Source: Callorhinchus milii (taxonomy: Eukaryota). From it: 64,000 bases of DNA. Location of the stretch: contig NW_024704743.1 of assembly GCF_018977255.1 (NCBI RefSeq), positions 46,750,001 through 46,814,000 of the forward strand, read 5' to 3'. This document shows positions 51,356-64,000 of the stretch, one piece after another (within the stretch, counting starts at the first letter, position 1; each line of letters starts with the position of its first letter). The notes beneath the pieces were generated by a model. It was not told where the DNA came from. It made no database searches and saw only the letters and a program-made list of their open reading frames with translations. Both the position numbers and the translations under genes were made by a program.

Positions 51356-52119
51356 ATCTACCTCCCCCTCCTTCAAGGAAACATCTTCACACGAACTGTT
51401 CTGAAGCTTTGGTATGCTCTTACAAACATGATGCAAATGAAATTCATAAATCACAACACTGTATATATGTGATGTGATTTCACACTGATGGGAAACATTG
51501 TGCACAAATAACTACCAGAACAACATGAGAGAATCAACAGTTAAGACTTCATATGCAATTTTAGTTTTTAACAGCACTAAGTGCGGTTTGTAAAACTGCT
51601 ATTTGATGTTCGGAGACAGTTAAAAGCAGGTAGTTTTACTCCACTCCGAGTCATAGTACATAAGAAGTTATTTAACCATGACCCCAGTCACGATTTGTTC
51701 ACTGAGTGCTATTGCTTTAGTGGAGGGTTCAAAGGTCTGATTATGGAAATTGCAGCTGACACTATATTACTAGAAAAAGAGAGGGATGAAACGGAAGCAA
51801 GGAGACACAGGCCTGGACTCCATGTACAGTATTTGGAACAATTTTCGGGAGGAGGAGGCTAATTGAGTTACAGGCCCAAATTATCTTATCTCAACCATAC
51901 AAAGTACAGTGTTAGCAAGGGCTGAGGCTCTCCCCTATTAAGTGGCAGAGGAATTCTGTTGTTCTGATGTTCTGATTCACTTATCAACAGAGAGCCAGGC
52001 AGACAGGTGGGGAGACAACATTGCCAATGCCGCTGCAGGTGTCCCATGGTTGTTGACTTTGCCTTTATTGCACATGACTATCTTCCTTGGCGGGGTGGCT
52101 GTGGGTGGTGTGGGGGGAC

Positions 52120-52640
52120 AGGCAAGTTGAACTGGCTCCAAGGTGACATGCCTGGCAATGGAATATCAGAATCGAGCCAGCCCTCTGTGGGAATCTTGAT
52201 AGTCCGGTTCCTGAGCCAGGCAGGTCCACAGTATTCCAGGCACTGCGAATGACAGCAAAGCCAGCCTGGCTCATTGGCAGGACCTGGAAGGGCAAACCAG
52301 TCACTGAGGGCACGGAGTCATCCCACTCAGCTCCTGTTAACCCTGCAGCCAAAGCCCCAACGAGCTGGACAAGCAGTGGGAAAGCTTACAATATCAACAA
52401 TGGCAGTCTATGTGTTTTTAGCTGGTATGACTCCAGCAGTACCCCAAAGCACACTCTGGAGTCCTGCCAAACTGTGCCTAATACTTTCTGGAATTAGGTA
52501 AGCAGGATGGGTCCCTCCCGGGAGAGAGTGCACATTCCATTCCAACAATCTATCTCTGAGATTTCCATGTGTAGGTGGGATGCTTGGAAATCTCAGCTTT
52601 GGTTTGGATACTCTTAAGCATGGTGATGGGTTTCTGCATG
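52120..52640 (+). repeat. Unclassified ~600-bp repeat, best-preserved copy
   Basis: Colinear with 36265-36897 and 40360-40875. Confidence 0.8.
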
Positions 52641-53199
52641 TCCCTCCAGGGAGAGAGTGCACATTCCAAAAAAAAATTATTGCTCACGTTATATTGTGGA
52701 CTTCAACATGAAAGTTTCCACTCCACATTACAGGGTCATGCATTTTAAAGCACAGTACCCCGTACAGTAAATTAAAGAGTGGTAAGAAAGAGGGGAGAAT
52801 TCATGTTTATAGCTCCAGTAGAGAAGCTGACACTTGGATGTAAGAATAGGTGGAGGGAATACAGGTATGTTGAAATTGGGAAGACTGTAAATAGATAAGT
52901 AAAGGGATTTAAGAGTCTTGTGCCTTAATTGTTAAAATCTAGTTTACTGCAGCCAATAAGAATCAATAAGTTTAATTGAGTGCTGGGCTTTATAAAAAGT
53001 CAATCTGGAGCAAAAAATAGCAGGAAAGTACTTTTGGTAGTCAGTTGTGTGAAGCACTCTGAGACATTCTCCCGACATGAAAGGTGCGATATAAATGTAA
53101 ACTGCTGTTGTTGTTGGAATTATATTGGTCAGAAGACAGTAGAAACAGAATCAATTAATATAGAAAAACTTGAATTCAAAAATGAGGAAGTGATAATGA

Positions 53200-53600
53200 A
53201 TCCAGAAGACATTGTATCACCTGCATTTGGTATATTATGTTTGGGTGCTGCATTTTGGAAAGAAGAGGGTGCAGAGAGGTTCACAGGATGATAGTGGTGG
53301 TGAGAGAAAATAACATAAGGATCAGATAGAATTCTTTCCATTTGAGAAAAAAANTGGTTGAGGGGTGATATGATAAAGGTGTTGAAGATAATGAAAGATT
53401 AAAGAGGATAAATAGTGAAGAACCATTTTGACTGGTAGGTGATAAAGATGAGGACAGAGATTTAAGATTATGACTAGCAGCATGAAAGGGGATGTTTGGA
53501 AGATATGAAATGACTTGTGTGAGGCTGTGGAAGCAGAGATTGTTGCGTTTAAAAGGGAATTAGGTAAGCACTTGTGGAGGAAAGGTATTAGAGGATTGGA
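53200..53600 (+). mobile_element. Degenerate CR1 3' fragment
   Basis: Remnants of SPAFGILC(LEYC)..., QRRFT, LRGDMIKVLKIMK. Confidence 0.7.
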
Positions 53601-54239
53601 ATTACGATCGATAATAATCCTTACAATTGGTATAGCGCCTTATCAGGTCGCCAAGGTGTCTGAAACCACTTCAGAGGATATATTATAAAGTGGCATGATT
53701 GTGGATAGTTTATGGATGAATGCAGCAGCCAATTTGTGCACAACAATGTCCCACAAATACCCATGAACAATAACTTGCATTTTTATAGCGCTCTTTACAC
53801 TAGGTAGCATCTTGGAGCACATTTCCTCACCCTACTAAACCCCATACCCCCATCACACCTGTCCTTGCCAGGCTCCACTGGATTGATTTCAAGATGCTTA
53901 CACTAATGACAAATCACTTCATACCCTGGCTCCTCCTCTACCTCTCTGACCTGCTTTTGCCCACAAAATATACAGTCAATTCACTTTACAGTATAGGCTG
54001 TGAAGCGTTTTGAGACGTCTCAAAGATGTGATAAGGGCCTATATCAAATGTAAGGATTATTATTATTAATACCCACCTCTGCTATCTGTCCCTTTGCTCA
54101 GCTAGCTCCAGTCTTCTTCATGTTCCTCATCCCCTCTGCTCCACCATTGTTAGGCCTGGTTTCAGCCACTATGCCCCAAGACTCTGGAAGTCTCTGCCTG
54201 AATACTTGGGCCTTACCTTCACCTTGTTTGTCTTCAGAT

Positions 54240-54602
54240 GATAATAATAATAATAATCCTTGCATTTGACACTTATCACCTATTCGAGACATTGTAAAGT
54301 GCTTCACAGAATAAATTGTAAATTGACTGAATATTTTGTGAGCGAAATGCAGCAGCCAATTGTGCACAGCAGTGTCCCACAACAATCATGAATTGAGTGA
54401 CCAATTTATTATTTTTTTTGAAGGAATTATTACCCCTGGAAAAGTGATCCACCAATCGACTAACAACTGGGTTCCTACTTACTGCTAGATAAATAGAGGC
54501 ATGTGGAATAAGTAACTTGCCCAACATTTCGCTCTGCCGGGAATAGAAACCAGGTCTCTCGCTTGCGAAGCGAACGCTCTAACCCCTGAGCTACAGGACT
54601 CC
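54240..54602 (-). mobile_element. SINE long form, full length
   Basis: Head, central segment and (ATT)n tail are all present. Confidence 0.9.
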
Positions 54603-54945
54603 AGACCACACCTAAAGGCAGCGCCTAGAGTCACCTCCCCTCTCTCCCTGGCTCTGTGTCAGGCTCCACCTCTGTTAAGGCCTTGGGTAGTGGCGGAGGT
54701 GGGCAATATTTTGAACAGGTATAAAAAGGGCTCAAAAGGACTTCAATTCCGGTGTGGTGTAGCCTGCAGCTTAAAACATGACCAGCAAAGGCACATGTTC
54801 CACTCAAAGCTAAGTTCAAAAAATGAGTGTGCGTGGTCTTGCGCATTGAAAGAAAATAATTCATATCGGAAATGTCCAGCAGAGAGGGGGCACACATGAA
54901 GATGCCAACAGGTTGAGGGGGAGAATGCTGAGTTTTATATTCATT

Positions 54946-54959
54946 CACCAGGTGGCGCT
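54946..54959 (+). promoter_or_regulatory. Candidate CTCF-binding site
   Basis: CACCAGGTGGCGCT is close to the CTCF core consensus. Motif match only. Confidence 0.45.
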
Positions 54960-55199
54960 TTACCAGGTGTCAATATTAGACACTTAATATTCTCAACAGG
55001 GTCTCACACCTTGAACACACATTATTATTATTATTATTATTATTTTTTGGCCAGTATACAGTATTTAAGATAAAATCAACTGCGTTTAGTTTGCACTTCA
55101 GCCTATTGTTTAAGGGAGGATTGATGCTTTATGACAATGTATCTGCTGTGCATGTTCCCTGTGGGTGGTGGTGGCTACAGTGCATTGTAACTCCAGCAC

Positions 55200-55404
55200 T
55201 TGCTCTCTCCCTCCCTCCCTCCTTCTCTCTCTCCCTCCCTTCCTCCCTCCCCCTCTCTCTCTCTCCCTCCCTCCCCTCCTTCTGCTCCTATCACATGATT
55301 TGGGATCCAGGCGCTACCCAGAGCTACAGACAGACAAGTCAGTCAGTCAGACAGACAGACAGACAGCCCACACAGCACAGACAGGACAGGACAGCAAAAG
55401 CAAG
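55200..55404 (+). other. Candidate promoter and non-coding first exon of a downstream plus-strand gene (SCRN1 by human synteny)
   Basis: CT-rich tract, TCACATGA E-box, (CAGA)n leader and a strong donor AAG|GTAGGT at 55404/55405. No coding exon recognised in the window. Confidence 0.35.
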
Positions 55405-55961
55405 GTAGGTGCAATGGCCAGTGCTTTGCTGGTGGGGCAAATAATGTGTGCAAATAAATACATATATATATTTGTTAAATGCAGATGTATGTATATATAT
55501 ATATATATATATCTTTTGTGTCTCTGAACATTTTGCTATTGAGTAAGCCCTGTCTGGCTGTCTGGTTGGGGAGGCTTTGCTGTGGGTGGTGGCTGGTTGC
55601 TCAGTTTTGCTGCTGCTGAGGAAACCTCTCCATCTCTCTCTCTCTCTCTCTTCCCCTCTGTAGTGTGGGCAGGGAGGCCAGGGACACACAGCTGGGTTAT
55701 TGTTTTTTTAGGCTTTTATTTATTTTAAGCTATTGCAAAAAATAACAATAATGATAATAATAACAATAGCAACAATAACAATGCTGGAAAGAGGGGTTTT
55801 CAGCTGCCTGGCGGATTCCATCAGTGTCCTCCTCCCTTCTCCTCTACTCGGTTGCAGGAGGTGAGACATGAGGAGGAAAACCTCAGAGAGAGAAAATGTG
55901 GCTGGTGTGGGGGGACCTGACCTGACTCAGGCTGTGGACAGTCGCCAGCTCCCCCTCCCTC

Positions 55962-56072
55962 CCCCACTCCAGGCTGTATAGAGTAACTCCCTTCCTCCCC
56001 CACTCCAGGCTGTATAGAGTAGCCCCACTCCAGGCTGTATAGAGTAGCCCCACTCCAGGCTGTATAGAGTAG
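55962..56072. repeat. Minisatellite, 25-bp unit x4
   Basis: CCCCACTCCAGGCTGTATAGAGTAG; three contiguous copies plus one separated by a short CT spacer. Confidence 0.95.
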
Positions 56073-57079
56073 CCCCCTCCCTCCCCCTCTCTCTACCTCC
56101 CACAGACTGAGCTGAAACATCTCCAACCCCCAAAGCAGCCAAGCTGTCCCTAACTCACTCACTCACTCACTCACTCTGTGTCCTACCTTCTCCACCCCCA
56201 CAATGCTCTTGCCACCGCCCTCTCTTTTTTTCCCCTGCAACTTTCCTCTATTTTGCTCCCCACCCTATCATTACTCCCTTATCAATCATTTATGACTGCC
56301 CTTAAATGTTTTCTTTTCTTTGTATTTTTGCTAAAAATCCAATCCATTCCTTAATTGGAAACTTGTCATTTAGTCTCCTGTCCTTTGACTTTTTTTTCTC
56401 CTTTCTTCCTCGTCATCTCCTTCATCCTCTGCCCTTTATTCTTTTCTCTCTCTCCTCTGCCTGCTAAGTTCCTTCCTTTCTGCATGTGTTGTATGGACCA
56501 GCTGTGAAAGGAATGCAAGCCCACAGATAATTGCACACCGCGAGGAAAGAAAGGGCATCGTAATGGAAATGTTGTACATTTATTATGATAATAATCCTTG
56601 CATTTACATAGCACCGTATCACATTGCTGAGATGTCTCAAAGCGTTTCACAGAATATATTGTGAAATATATTGTGAAATAAATTGACTATGCATTTTGTG
56701 GGTGAAAATAATGAAATTTGCAATGTAATGCTTGAAGTACTGCCCGTCATATCACAAAATTGACTGGGTTTGATGTATCATTGGCCGTCCTGATTTACTG
56801 AGTGTTTATTCAGTTGACATACAAATGAGAAGCTTGTGATTCCACCAAATGCATATGGAGAGGTAAGCTTTAGTGCTCAGTAAGTTGGATATTGGAAATG
56901 TACTAGATGGTAAATCCAGGGCCTTGTGCACTTAAATTACTGTATTCTATTGTTAACGTTTGTACCCTGCTTAATGATTGAGTCATAACAGGGTTGTCAT
57001 ATAGTTTAATTTGGAGCTAGATTTATTTTTGTTGTAAATTTCCCTGTTGAGCACAGGCTACTTTTCTGCCACTTCTGTC

Positions 57080-57300
57080 AGCCTGGCTCAGTTGGTAATA
57101 CTCTTGCCTTTGAGTCAGAAGGATGTGGGGGCAAGCCCCACATCAGGACTTTGAACTCATATAATCCAGGTTGATTCTCCAATGCCGTGTTGGGAGTTCT
57201 GTACTTCTAATGAGATGTTAAACCAAGGTTATTGAGGTGGACTTTAAGGCTCTATGACACTGTTCTCAAAGGGAAGGGAGTTTCTGTGTGGCCTGATTGG
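57080..57300 (+). mobile_element. Older Deu-domain SINE, 5' part
   Basis: GGCTCAGTTGGTAATACTCTTGCCTTTGAGTCAGAAGGATGTGGGGGCAAGCCCCACATCAGGACTTGA...GATGTTAAACCAAGGT. Confidence 0.7.
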
Positions 57301-57381
57301 TGCTATTGAGGTACGTTTTACTGCCAACCTACATTTTTTCACTGTATTGATGAAAACTGAACATGAGCAAATAACACATGT

Positions 57382-57700
57382 GGAATCCTGTAGCTCAGGG
57401 GATAGGGCACTCACCTCGCAAGCAAGAGACCTGGGTTCGATTCCCAGCAGGTCGAAATGTTGGGTAAGTTTCCTTACTCCGCGTGCCTCTGTTTATCTAG
57501 CAGTAAGTAGGAACTCGGTTGTTAGTCGATTGGCAAATTGCTTTTCCGGAGGTAAGAATTCCTTTTTTAAAAAAATTGGTCATTTCAATCTACGACTGTT
57601 TGTGGGACAGTGTTTCGCCCACAAAATATACAATCAATTTACTTTACAGTATTTTCTGTGAAGTGCTCTGAGATGTCTCGAGGATGGATTATTATTATTT
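57382..57700 (+). mobile_element. SINE long form with small deletions
   Basis: Head GGAATCCTGTAGCTCAGGGG, central segment and tail. Confidence 0.88.
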
Positions 57701-60700
57701 TATTAGATTGTTGCAAAAAAATTAATTTCTTTTTCAACAAAAACTGGATGGCCCATTTGTGGGGGTGGGGGAGAACATTAGCGCAGAGGTCCGGGGGCCA
57801 GAAACTTCATTGTTAGTGGTTTTGTAGTGGAGGCACTGTTTATAGTGGATGCCACATAAAAATTGCATCTGCAATTTTCTATTGGCCCTGGCCTACAATC
57901 CCCCAGGAAGAATTGGCCATTTACTTGATAGATGTTTGTGGGACATTGCTGAGGACAAATTGCCTGTTGCATTTGCCTTCTGATGTGATTTATTATTATC
58001 ATATAGTGTATTAATAAAACTCATTATAAAAGCAGAAACTGCAAGCTAGTTTGCAAAAGTTTTTTTGTGGAATATACCATAATTTGTAATTTTGCCATTA
58101 AATGTTTAATGAATAGAAATTATAGTATAATGCTAGCTAATCGCACTTAATATTCATCTTCAAAGAAGCTATTTCAGGCACAAGCATGAAAATACTGTTG
58201 TGTTTTACTTAAATCAGAGCTCATGATGTTCAAAATTGCAGTTAATATGGGATTGCCCATGAATGTGTATGAGATTGCTGGTTGCTTAAAATAAATGCAA
58301 CATCTGCATGAACAGAGGAATGCTGTCACTATGATCAGAATAATTTATTGATCAGAATGTGCATCAGTATAAACGTACAGGATTTATATGAGCACAAGAC
58401 AGTTCTGTCAATAACAGATGAGACCTATGGAAATGAAGTATCTCAGTCAATATGTGCTTCAAAGGTGTTTACTAATATACAATGTATCAATATTCAAAAA
58501 CTGCAGCATCAAGTCTCCAAATATAGTATTTGTAACAGTTTCAGGTCACTTGCAGAATTTCTAAGTGAATTAAATGCTTCTCATTTGATTTCCATTTTGA
58601 TTAATAGTTGGGGTAACTAATTGGTTTAAAACATTGCAATTAAATATAAGTATCTTTTGGAAATATTCCTGGGGATGCAATGATCCTGTGATATGTAACA
58701 TCTTACATAATGGAGGATTAACATCAGGTGCAGTTTTTGACCCAACAATTTCTGTTGCAAAGCATGAATTCTAACTCATGGTTATCCTGGAGATTATCTG
58801 CCTTGCCCTTTCCCTCACCACCATTAAAGCTTGCTTTAAAACCTTTCCAACTAACGTTTGGTCATACTTTTTCCCGGTTAGCTCTATGAAGTGCTTTGAG
58901 ACACCCTCCCAATGTGAAATTGTATCAGTATTTCATACAGATTTTAAAATAACATATGTATTGCATGTCTGATTAATGGCTTCGTTATGCTAAATTAAAA
59001 TTGCTGGAGGATCCTATTTAGCCTTGAGCAAGACTAAAGATTAGAATAAAGTCCCTTTCCCACACAAATAAGTGGAACAGACTCCCAGCAAAGTAGCTAA
59101 AGCTGTGTCAGTATGAACTGTTGCATGATTCTGCAAATAGTGTAATCAGAATCAAAGAATCTTACAGCACAAAATTGAGCCATTTGGCCCATCGACAGGA
59201 ATCGACTTAATTCTGCTCTTCTGCTCGCTCCCCACACCCTGTATTTCTCCTCTATTTCAAGCATGTATCTGATTCTCATTTGAAAGAGTTTAATGAACAC
59301 ATCTTAAACAGTAGTTTGTGGCTGAGAATTATATTTTCCAGGCCCCTTTGTGTAGGCATTTTCCAAATATTTCCTTTAATTTTTGTTGCCATCCTAGATT
59401 TGTGCCCTCCCATTAATTATTAAAACACACGTTTTCATTCAGTATTGAGTAGCCACCTTTGGAAGGAAATATTGGCCTCTGAGAATGTTTAATAACAGTG
59501 AATAAACTGGAATGAAGGAAGTTTGGCTATCATAAGCAGCTAGATGAACTTGGTTTGTATTCCCTCGTACTAAGATTACAATTATTCCTAAAACAATGAT
59601 TTGGGTGATCTGAATGATTTGATGGTCTCTAAGATGGCGGGAATTAACAAGACACATAGAAAATGATCGTTCCTTTTAATAAAAGGAATCCAGAGCGAGG
59701 ATCTCAAAACCAGAACCAAGACTATTAAAAGTGAATCCAGAAGCCATTTGTCCTTACGAAAGAATATTTGCTCTTAAGAAAAATCAAAAAGTGATGAATA
59801 TGGTTACCCATTTAATGGGTTATTAACTATCATATAATTTACTGACTGTGGTAAGTGTGTCCAATCCCTGCTGGTTGGGGTAAGCTTGTTAGAAAGTGGA
59901 ACCGCTTGTTTGCCAAGGTCAGTAAAATTTAATGAACTAGAGAATCTCCCCTTAATTTGTTTTTGCTTATTGGGGATTGTGAAGAGCTCAGACTTTATCC
60001 TGTGTGAAGAGTGCTGTGTAAATGCACATTGGTTTTGTAAATAGTTCATAGTTTTAGGAACTATAATACAAAAATACTGAAGCTGTGCATAAGCAAATTT
60101 TATCCTGTTGTACAAAACAAAGGTGAAACATGAGGCTGGAAACAATATACAGTCTACCTCAACATCTGTCAGGGGAAAATGCTTGAAAACATTATACAGG
60201 ATGCTATTAATTCTCTATCAAAACAAAAACATTTTGCAGTCTAGTTAACAGAGATTTAGAAGCAATATGTCATGCATCACAAATCTACTAGAATTTGTCT
60301 GAGGAAATTACTAAGGTAGTGGATGTAATTTACTTGAATTTGAAAAGCATTTGATAAAGTTGCATGCATGAGAATATTCAAGCATATGGAATTAATGGCA
60401 ATTTCAGCGATAAGTGGAAAAAGTTCTGTGTGGGACGTGGTTAGTGGGATTCTGTATTAATCTGTTCTAAATCCTGCCTTAATTTCTAAATGACACGGGA
60501 AGCAGTATTTAATAATACTGGTGATATCAAGCAACATGTACGTACTAATAATATGAGGTGCAGATACAATATCCAGTTCATTTTGACCATTTAACAGATG
60601 GACAAAGAATAACAGATGGATTTTAATTTAGTTGAAAGATTTTTTAAATCATTTCTTGCATTAATTGAGGTGAGGATGTTATAATAATAATATAATAATA

Positions 60701-61940
60701 ATCCTTGTATTTGATATAGTGCCTTACCATGTCATTGAGACATCTCAAATGCTTCACAAAATATATGATCAAACGAATTAACTGTATTTTGTGGGTGAAA
60801 TATGGACTATAAAATATTAAATGCTGGACTCATTTTTTTAAAAAAGCCTTTCTCTTTGGCTCCATTATACTGTGAACATGGCTAACACTAGCACTGTCAC
60901 TTCATCTGCTTCAATACGTCACAGCAAACTGGCGACGTAACTCCATCTAAGCTTTACCTTGTCCAGCTGCACAATAAGCTGAGTTTCCTCCCTCAATGCA
61001 TTTTGTTTCCTCATGGCCTTATTATTCTTGAGGAGAGCAATGTATTATGTGCAGAGTACGTAGTTTATTGCTTTTGCTTTGGTTTCTTGGCATAATGGAA
61101 CCGTGGTCTGAATCCTTATGAGCAATTGGAATTGGCATTTGCTGCTTTTTATTCATTTTGTGTTTGGGAACTGGAATGTGACACTACTTCAAGTGACAGA
61201 AGGTGCAAAGCAAGAGCACGACCTCTCAATCTACAATAACCACTTCATTCCCTGGCGCATTGAACAAGTGGTAACATCACTAGAATTCTATCCTTCATGA
61301 TAACACAAAGATTAGCTTGTAATTAACAGAAAATAAATATGTAAACAGCATTTATGAATAAGCTATAAATAAATCTGGACCCACTCCGCTGTCTGGCGTG
61401 AAGGGTGCTATATAAATGCAAATTGTTGTTGGACAAGGCCTGGCAGACATTTAGATCATTTTCACAGTAGGGTCAGTCCCCACAAATAGCCACAAGGTGA
61501 ATGATAATAATAATAATCCTTGCATTTGATCTAATGCCTTATTACATCACAGAATATACTGTAAAGTGAATGGACTGTATATTTTGTGGACGAAACGCAG
61601 CAATCAATTGTGCACAGCAGTGTCCCACAAACCATCACGGATTGAGTGACCAAATATTTCTTTAGCAGTGCCAGTTATTTTTATTGTTGGTTGCTTTCTG
61701 CCAGGCAGACAAGAATGCAAAGAGATATGAGTGAAAAATATTTCCTTTCAACTGTTCACTACTCACTGCTGATATCATTGTTCCTCAGTGTTGGAGAATA
61801 AGCTGTGAGAAACAGCTGGATAGGTTATTGCCCTTCAGCCTCTTAAAGGCACATCTTAGGATGGCGGGGGAACCTTATAACTCTCCGAGACACTATCCAG
61901 GGTAAAGGATATATCCTTTTTTTGTGTGGTGGGGTGGAGG

Positions 61941-62165
61941 TCAACTGGGTGTCTGACACTTGTGCAAGCCCATCACCATGTTTAAGAGTATCCAAACCAA
62001 ACTATGATTTCCATATATCCCAATACACATGGAAATTCCAGGGATAGATTGTTGGAATAGAATGTGCACTCTCTCCCTGGAGGGACCCATCCTGTTACAC
62101 AATTTCGGAAAGTATTAGGTGCAGATTGGCAAGAAATAAGGTTTCGAGACCCCAGCGTGTGCGTA
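61941..62165 (-). repeat. Unclassified repeat, partial inverted copy (distal end)
   Basis: CATCACCATGTTTAAGAGTATCCAAACC...GAATGTGCACTCTCTCCCTGGAGGGACCCATCCTG is the reverse complement of 52480-52630. Confidence 0.8.
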
Positions 62166-63729
62166 TAGAGGTATGTAAGTTGTTAAAATATGATAGAAAT
62201 ACTTATATATGTCAGGTTCAGTGTTGTGAAGAGCATATTTTAGATGACCACTAAGTTTTTTTTACGCAGTGTAATTAACAGTTGAATACCAGGAAAGGTG
62301 ATGTAATCCGGGACATTGGACTCCTTTAAGAAATGATGTGAGACTATAATTGGTAGATTTGGTATTCTGAAACGGTGACATCAAGTGCTGAAAGTCCTTC
62401 TTCATTTGAACCACTTGATGCTGAAACCAAGCTGTAAAGTTAGATGACTAATAGACATAATTGCTAGTATTCAAAAGACAATGGGAAATTAAACAGATAG
62501 AAAAATGTGAAGAAATATACCTCAGGACTGGAAACCTTAATCAAGTGGTAAAACTGTAAAATGAATTTGGAGTGATTGTTGTACATTAACTAGATCTTTA
62601 TCTAGATAAAGATTAACAGCTGGGAGAGATTCCCTGTTACATTAGTTACCAGCTTGGCAATATCACTTATGCTTCCTGTAATGAGAGTGGTTCTGGAAAA
62701 AGATTACTTTGTATTTCCTCCCTTTATTGAGAACCATAAATCAACAGAAAATACACTAGGATTCATTTCAAAGGCTACCTGAATAAGCTGAGTGTTAGTT
62801 GAATCCCATTGCAACTCTGTAAAAAGCAGTTCTTTGTGCATAGCAGTGATCGCATGACTAAGATTATTGGTAGCCTAAAATGTTCAGTCCCTACAGTCTT
62901 TTTGACTGTAATTTCTTTCAGTTGTACACATCAAAGGGAATCCTGAGTACCATTCTATGTGGTGGGCAGAGTCACGGGTGATTGCTATATGACCGAGTGC
63001 TAAAATTGACACTATGTTAAACCATTGAAAAACACTGAACTGGTGCAGAAAGATGTTTTCTACAATTACAGAAAGGTTTTGCAGTGCGTCTTCTTCTTTC
63101 CTTCAATAATTCTTCATTTCAAGTAATTCAGTTTTGTATTTGAAATCATTTGGTACTGAACAGTCTCCACTCCTTCTTTCAATGTCGTTCTCCCCTTGTA
63201 CCTCTAGCCAAGAGGGCAGCACATTGGATTATAAACTTGTGCATAACTTTTATTACTTCCGTGTATTTCTTTTGTCAGAGGTTCAGTTAGAGAGGGATTT
63301 TAATAAATGCTATTTTTCTTATGGTCTTCCTATGTGGAATTCCTTGCTGGCACAGTTTTAATTAACTCAAGGATCTGGATTCAACGATATTGTATAAACA
63401 TGCTTTATGTTTTTTGCCCAGCCCTATGTTATTTCTGGGGTTGAGGGGTGACGACAGTTTTATGTAAATGCTCTCTAATTCACAGTGCTAGTCGAGCAAA
63501 TATTTTTAGAATATTGTATAAACAAGACAAGTAGATTGCAGGATTACATTGCTAAATCAATTGAGTTCATATTCTGAGGGGTCAGGGTGAAGTTATATAA
63601 TGCTCTGGTCAGTCTGCACCTGGAGTTCTGCCTACAGTTCTATTTGTCATGACCTAGAGATGGTGCAGTGAAGAGCAACGAAGATGAGGAAAGAACAAAG
63701 ACCAACAATGTGACAAGTGGATGTGTATT

Positions 63730-63968
63730 ACATCACGGCTTCAAGACGTCTCAAAGTGCTTCACAGAATATACTGTAAAGTGAATTGACCGTATATTTTG
63801 TGTGCAAAGCATGGCAGACAATTGCGCACAGCAGTGTTCCCCACAAACAGTCGTGGATTGAGTGACCAATTTTTTTTTAGGAATTATTACCCCCAGAAAA
63901 GCGATCCGCTAATCGACTAACAACCATCTTCCTACTTACTGCTAGGTAAACAGAGGCGTGTGGAGTAA
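63730..63968 (-). mobile_element. SINE long form, body only
   Basis: Central segment and 3' body match 13945-14346. Confidence 0.85.
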
Positions 63969-64000
63969 CAACAACAACAACAAAATTACATTTATAGAGC

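Noticed and set aside
52408..52662. ORF with RLLEWNVHSL, resembling an APE endonuclease N-terminus
   Set aside because: None of the downstream APE motifs follow, and the frame is not preserved in sister copies.
55962..56072. CRISPR-like repeat array
   Set aside because: The units are contiguous without unique spacers, there are no cas genes, and the context is eukaryotic.
56100..64000. Search for SCRN1 coding exons
   Set aside because: No secernin-like peptide recognised; the region is repeat fragments and AT-rich intron-like DNA.

Overview
Vertebrate nuclear DNA, most likely from a cartilaginous fish such as a chimaera. The organism is inferred from the SINE/LINE repertoire and was not checked by search. 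The window holds two complete intron-containing genes arranged head-to-head around a GC-rich promoter, with 645 bp between the ATGs. PLEKHA8/FAPP2 is on the minus strand: 14 coding exons, 34338 to 6104, about 529 aa, PH domain plus GLTP domain. FKBP14 is on the plus strand: 4 coding exons, 34984 to 44028, 217 aa, signal peptide-FKBP-EF-hand-HDEL. I traced all exons by hand; splice sites are GT-AG and phases are consistent. A probable non-coding first exon near 55.3-55.4 kb may belong to the next gene (SCRN1 by human synteny only). The rest is rich in repeats: a young modular tRNA-Ala-headed SINE in long and short forms, an older Deu-domain SINE, CR1 and L2 LINE fragments, foldback and Tigger-like remnants, and an unclassified ~600-bp repeat. 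Most ORFs in the supplied track are repeat or shadow ORFs. I see no CRISPR array, rRNA or real tRNA. The best leads are a near-perfect 75-nt intronic hairpin, the unclassified repeat, UPR-type motifs plus an overlapping uORF at FKBP14, a candidate poison exon and a phospho-FFAT-like motif in PLEKHA8. None is established as a novel system.
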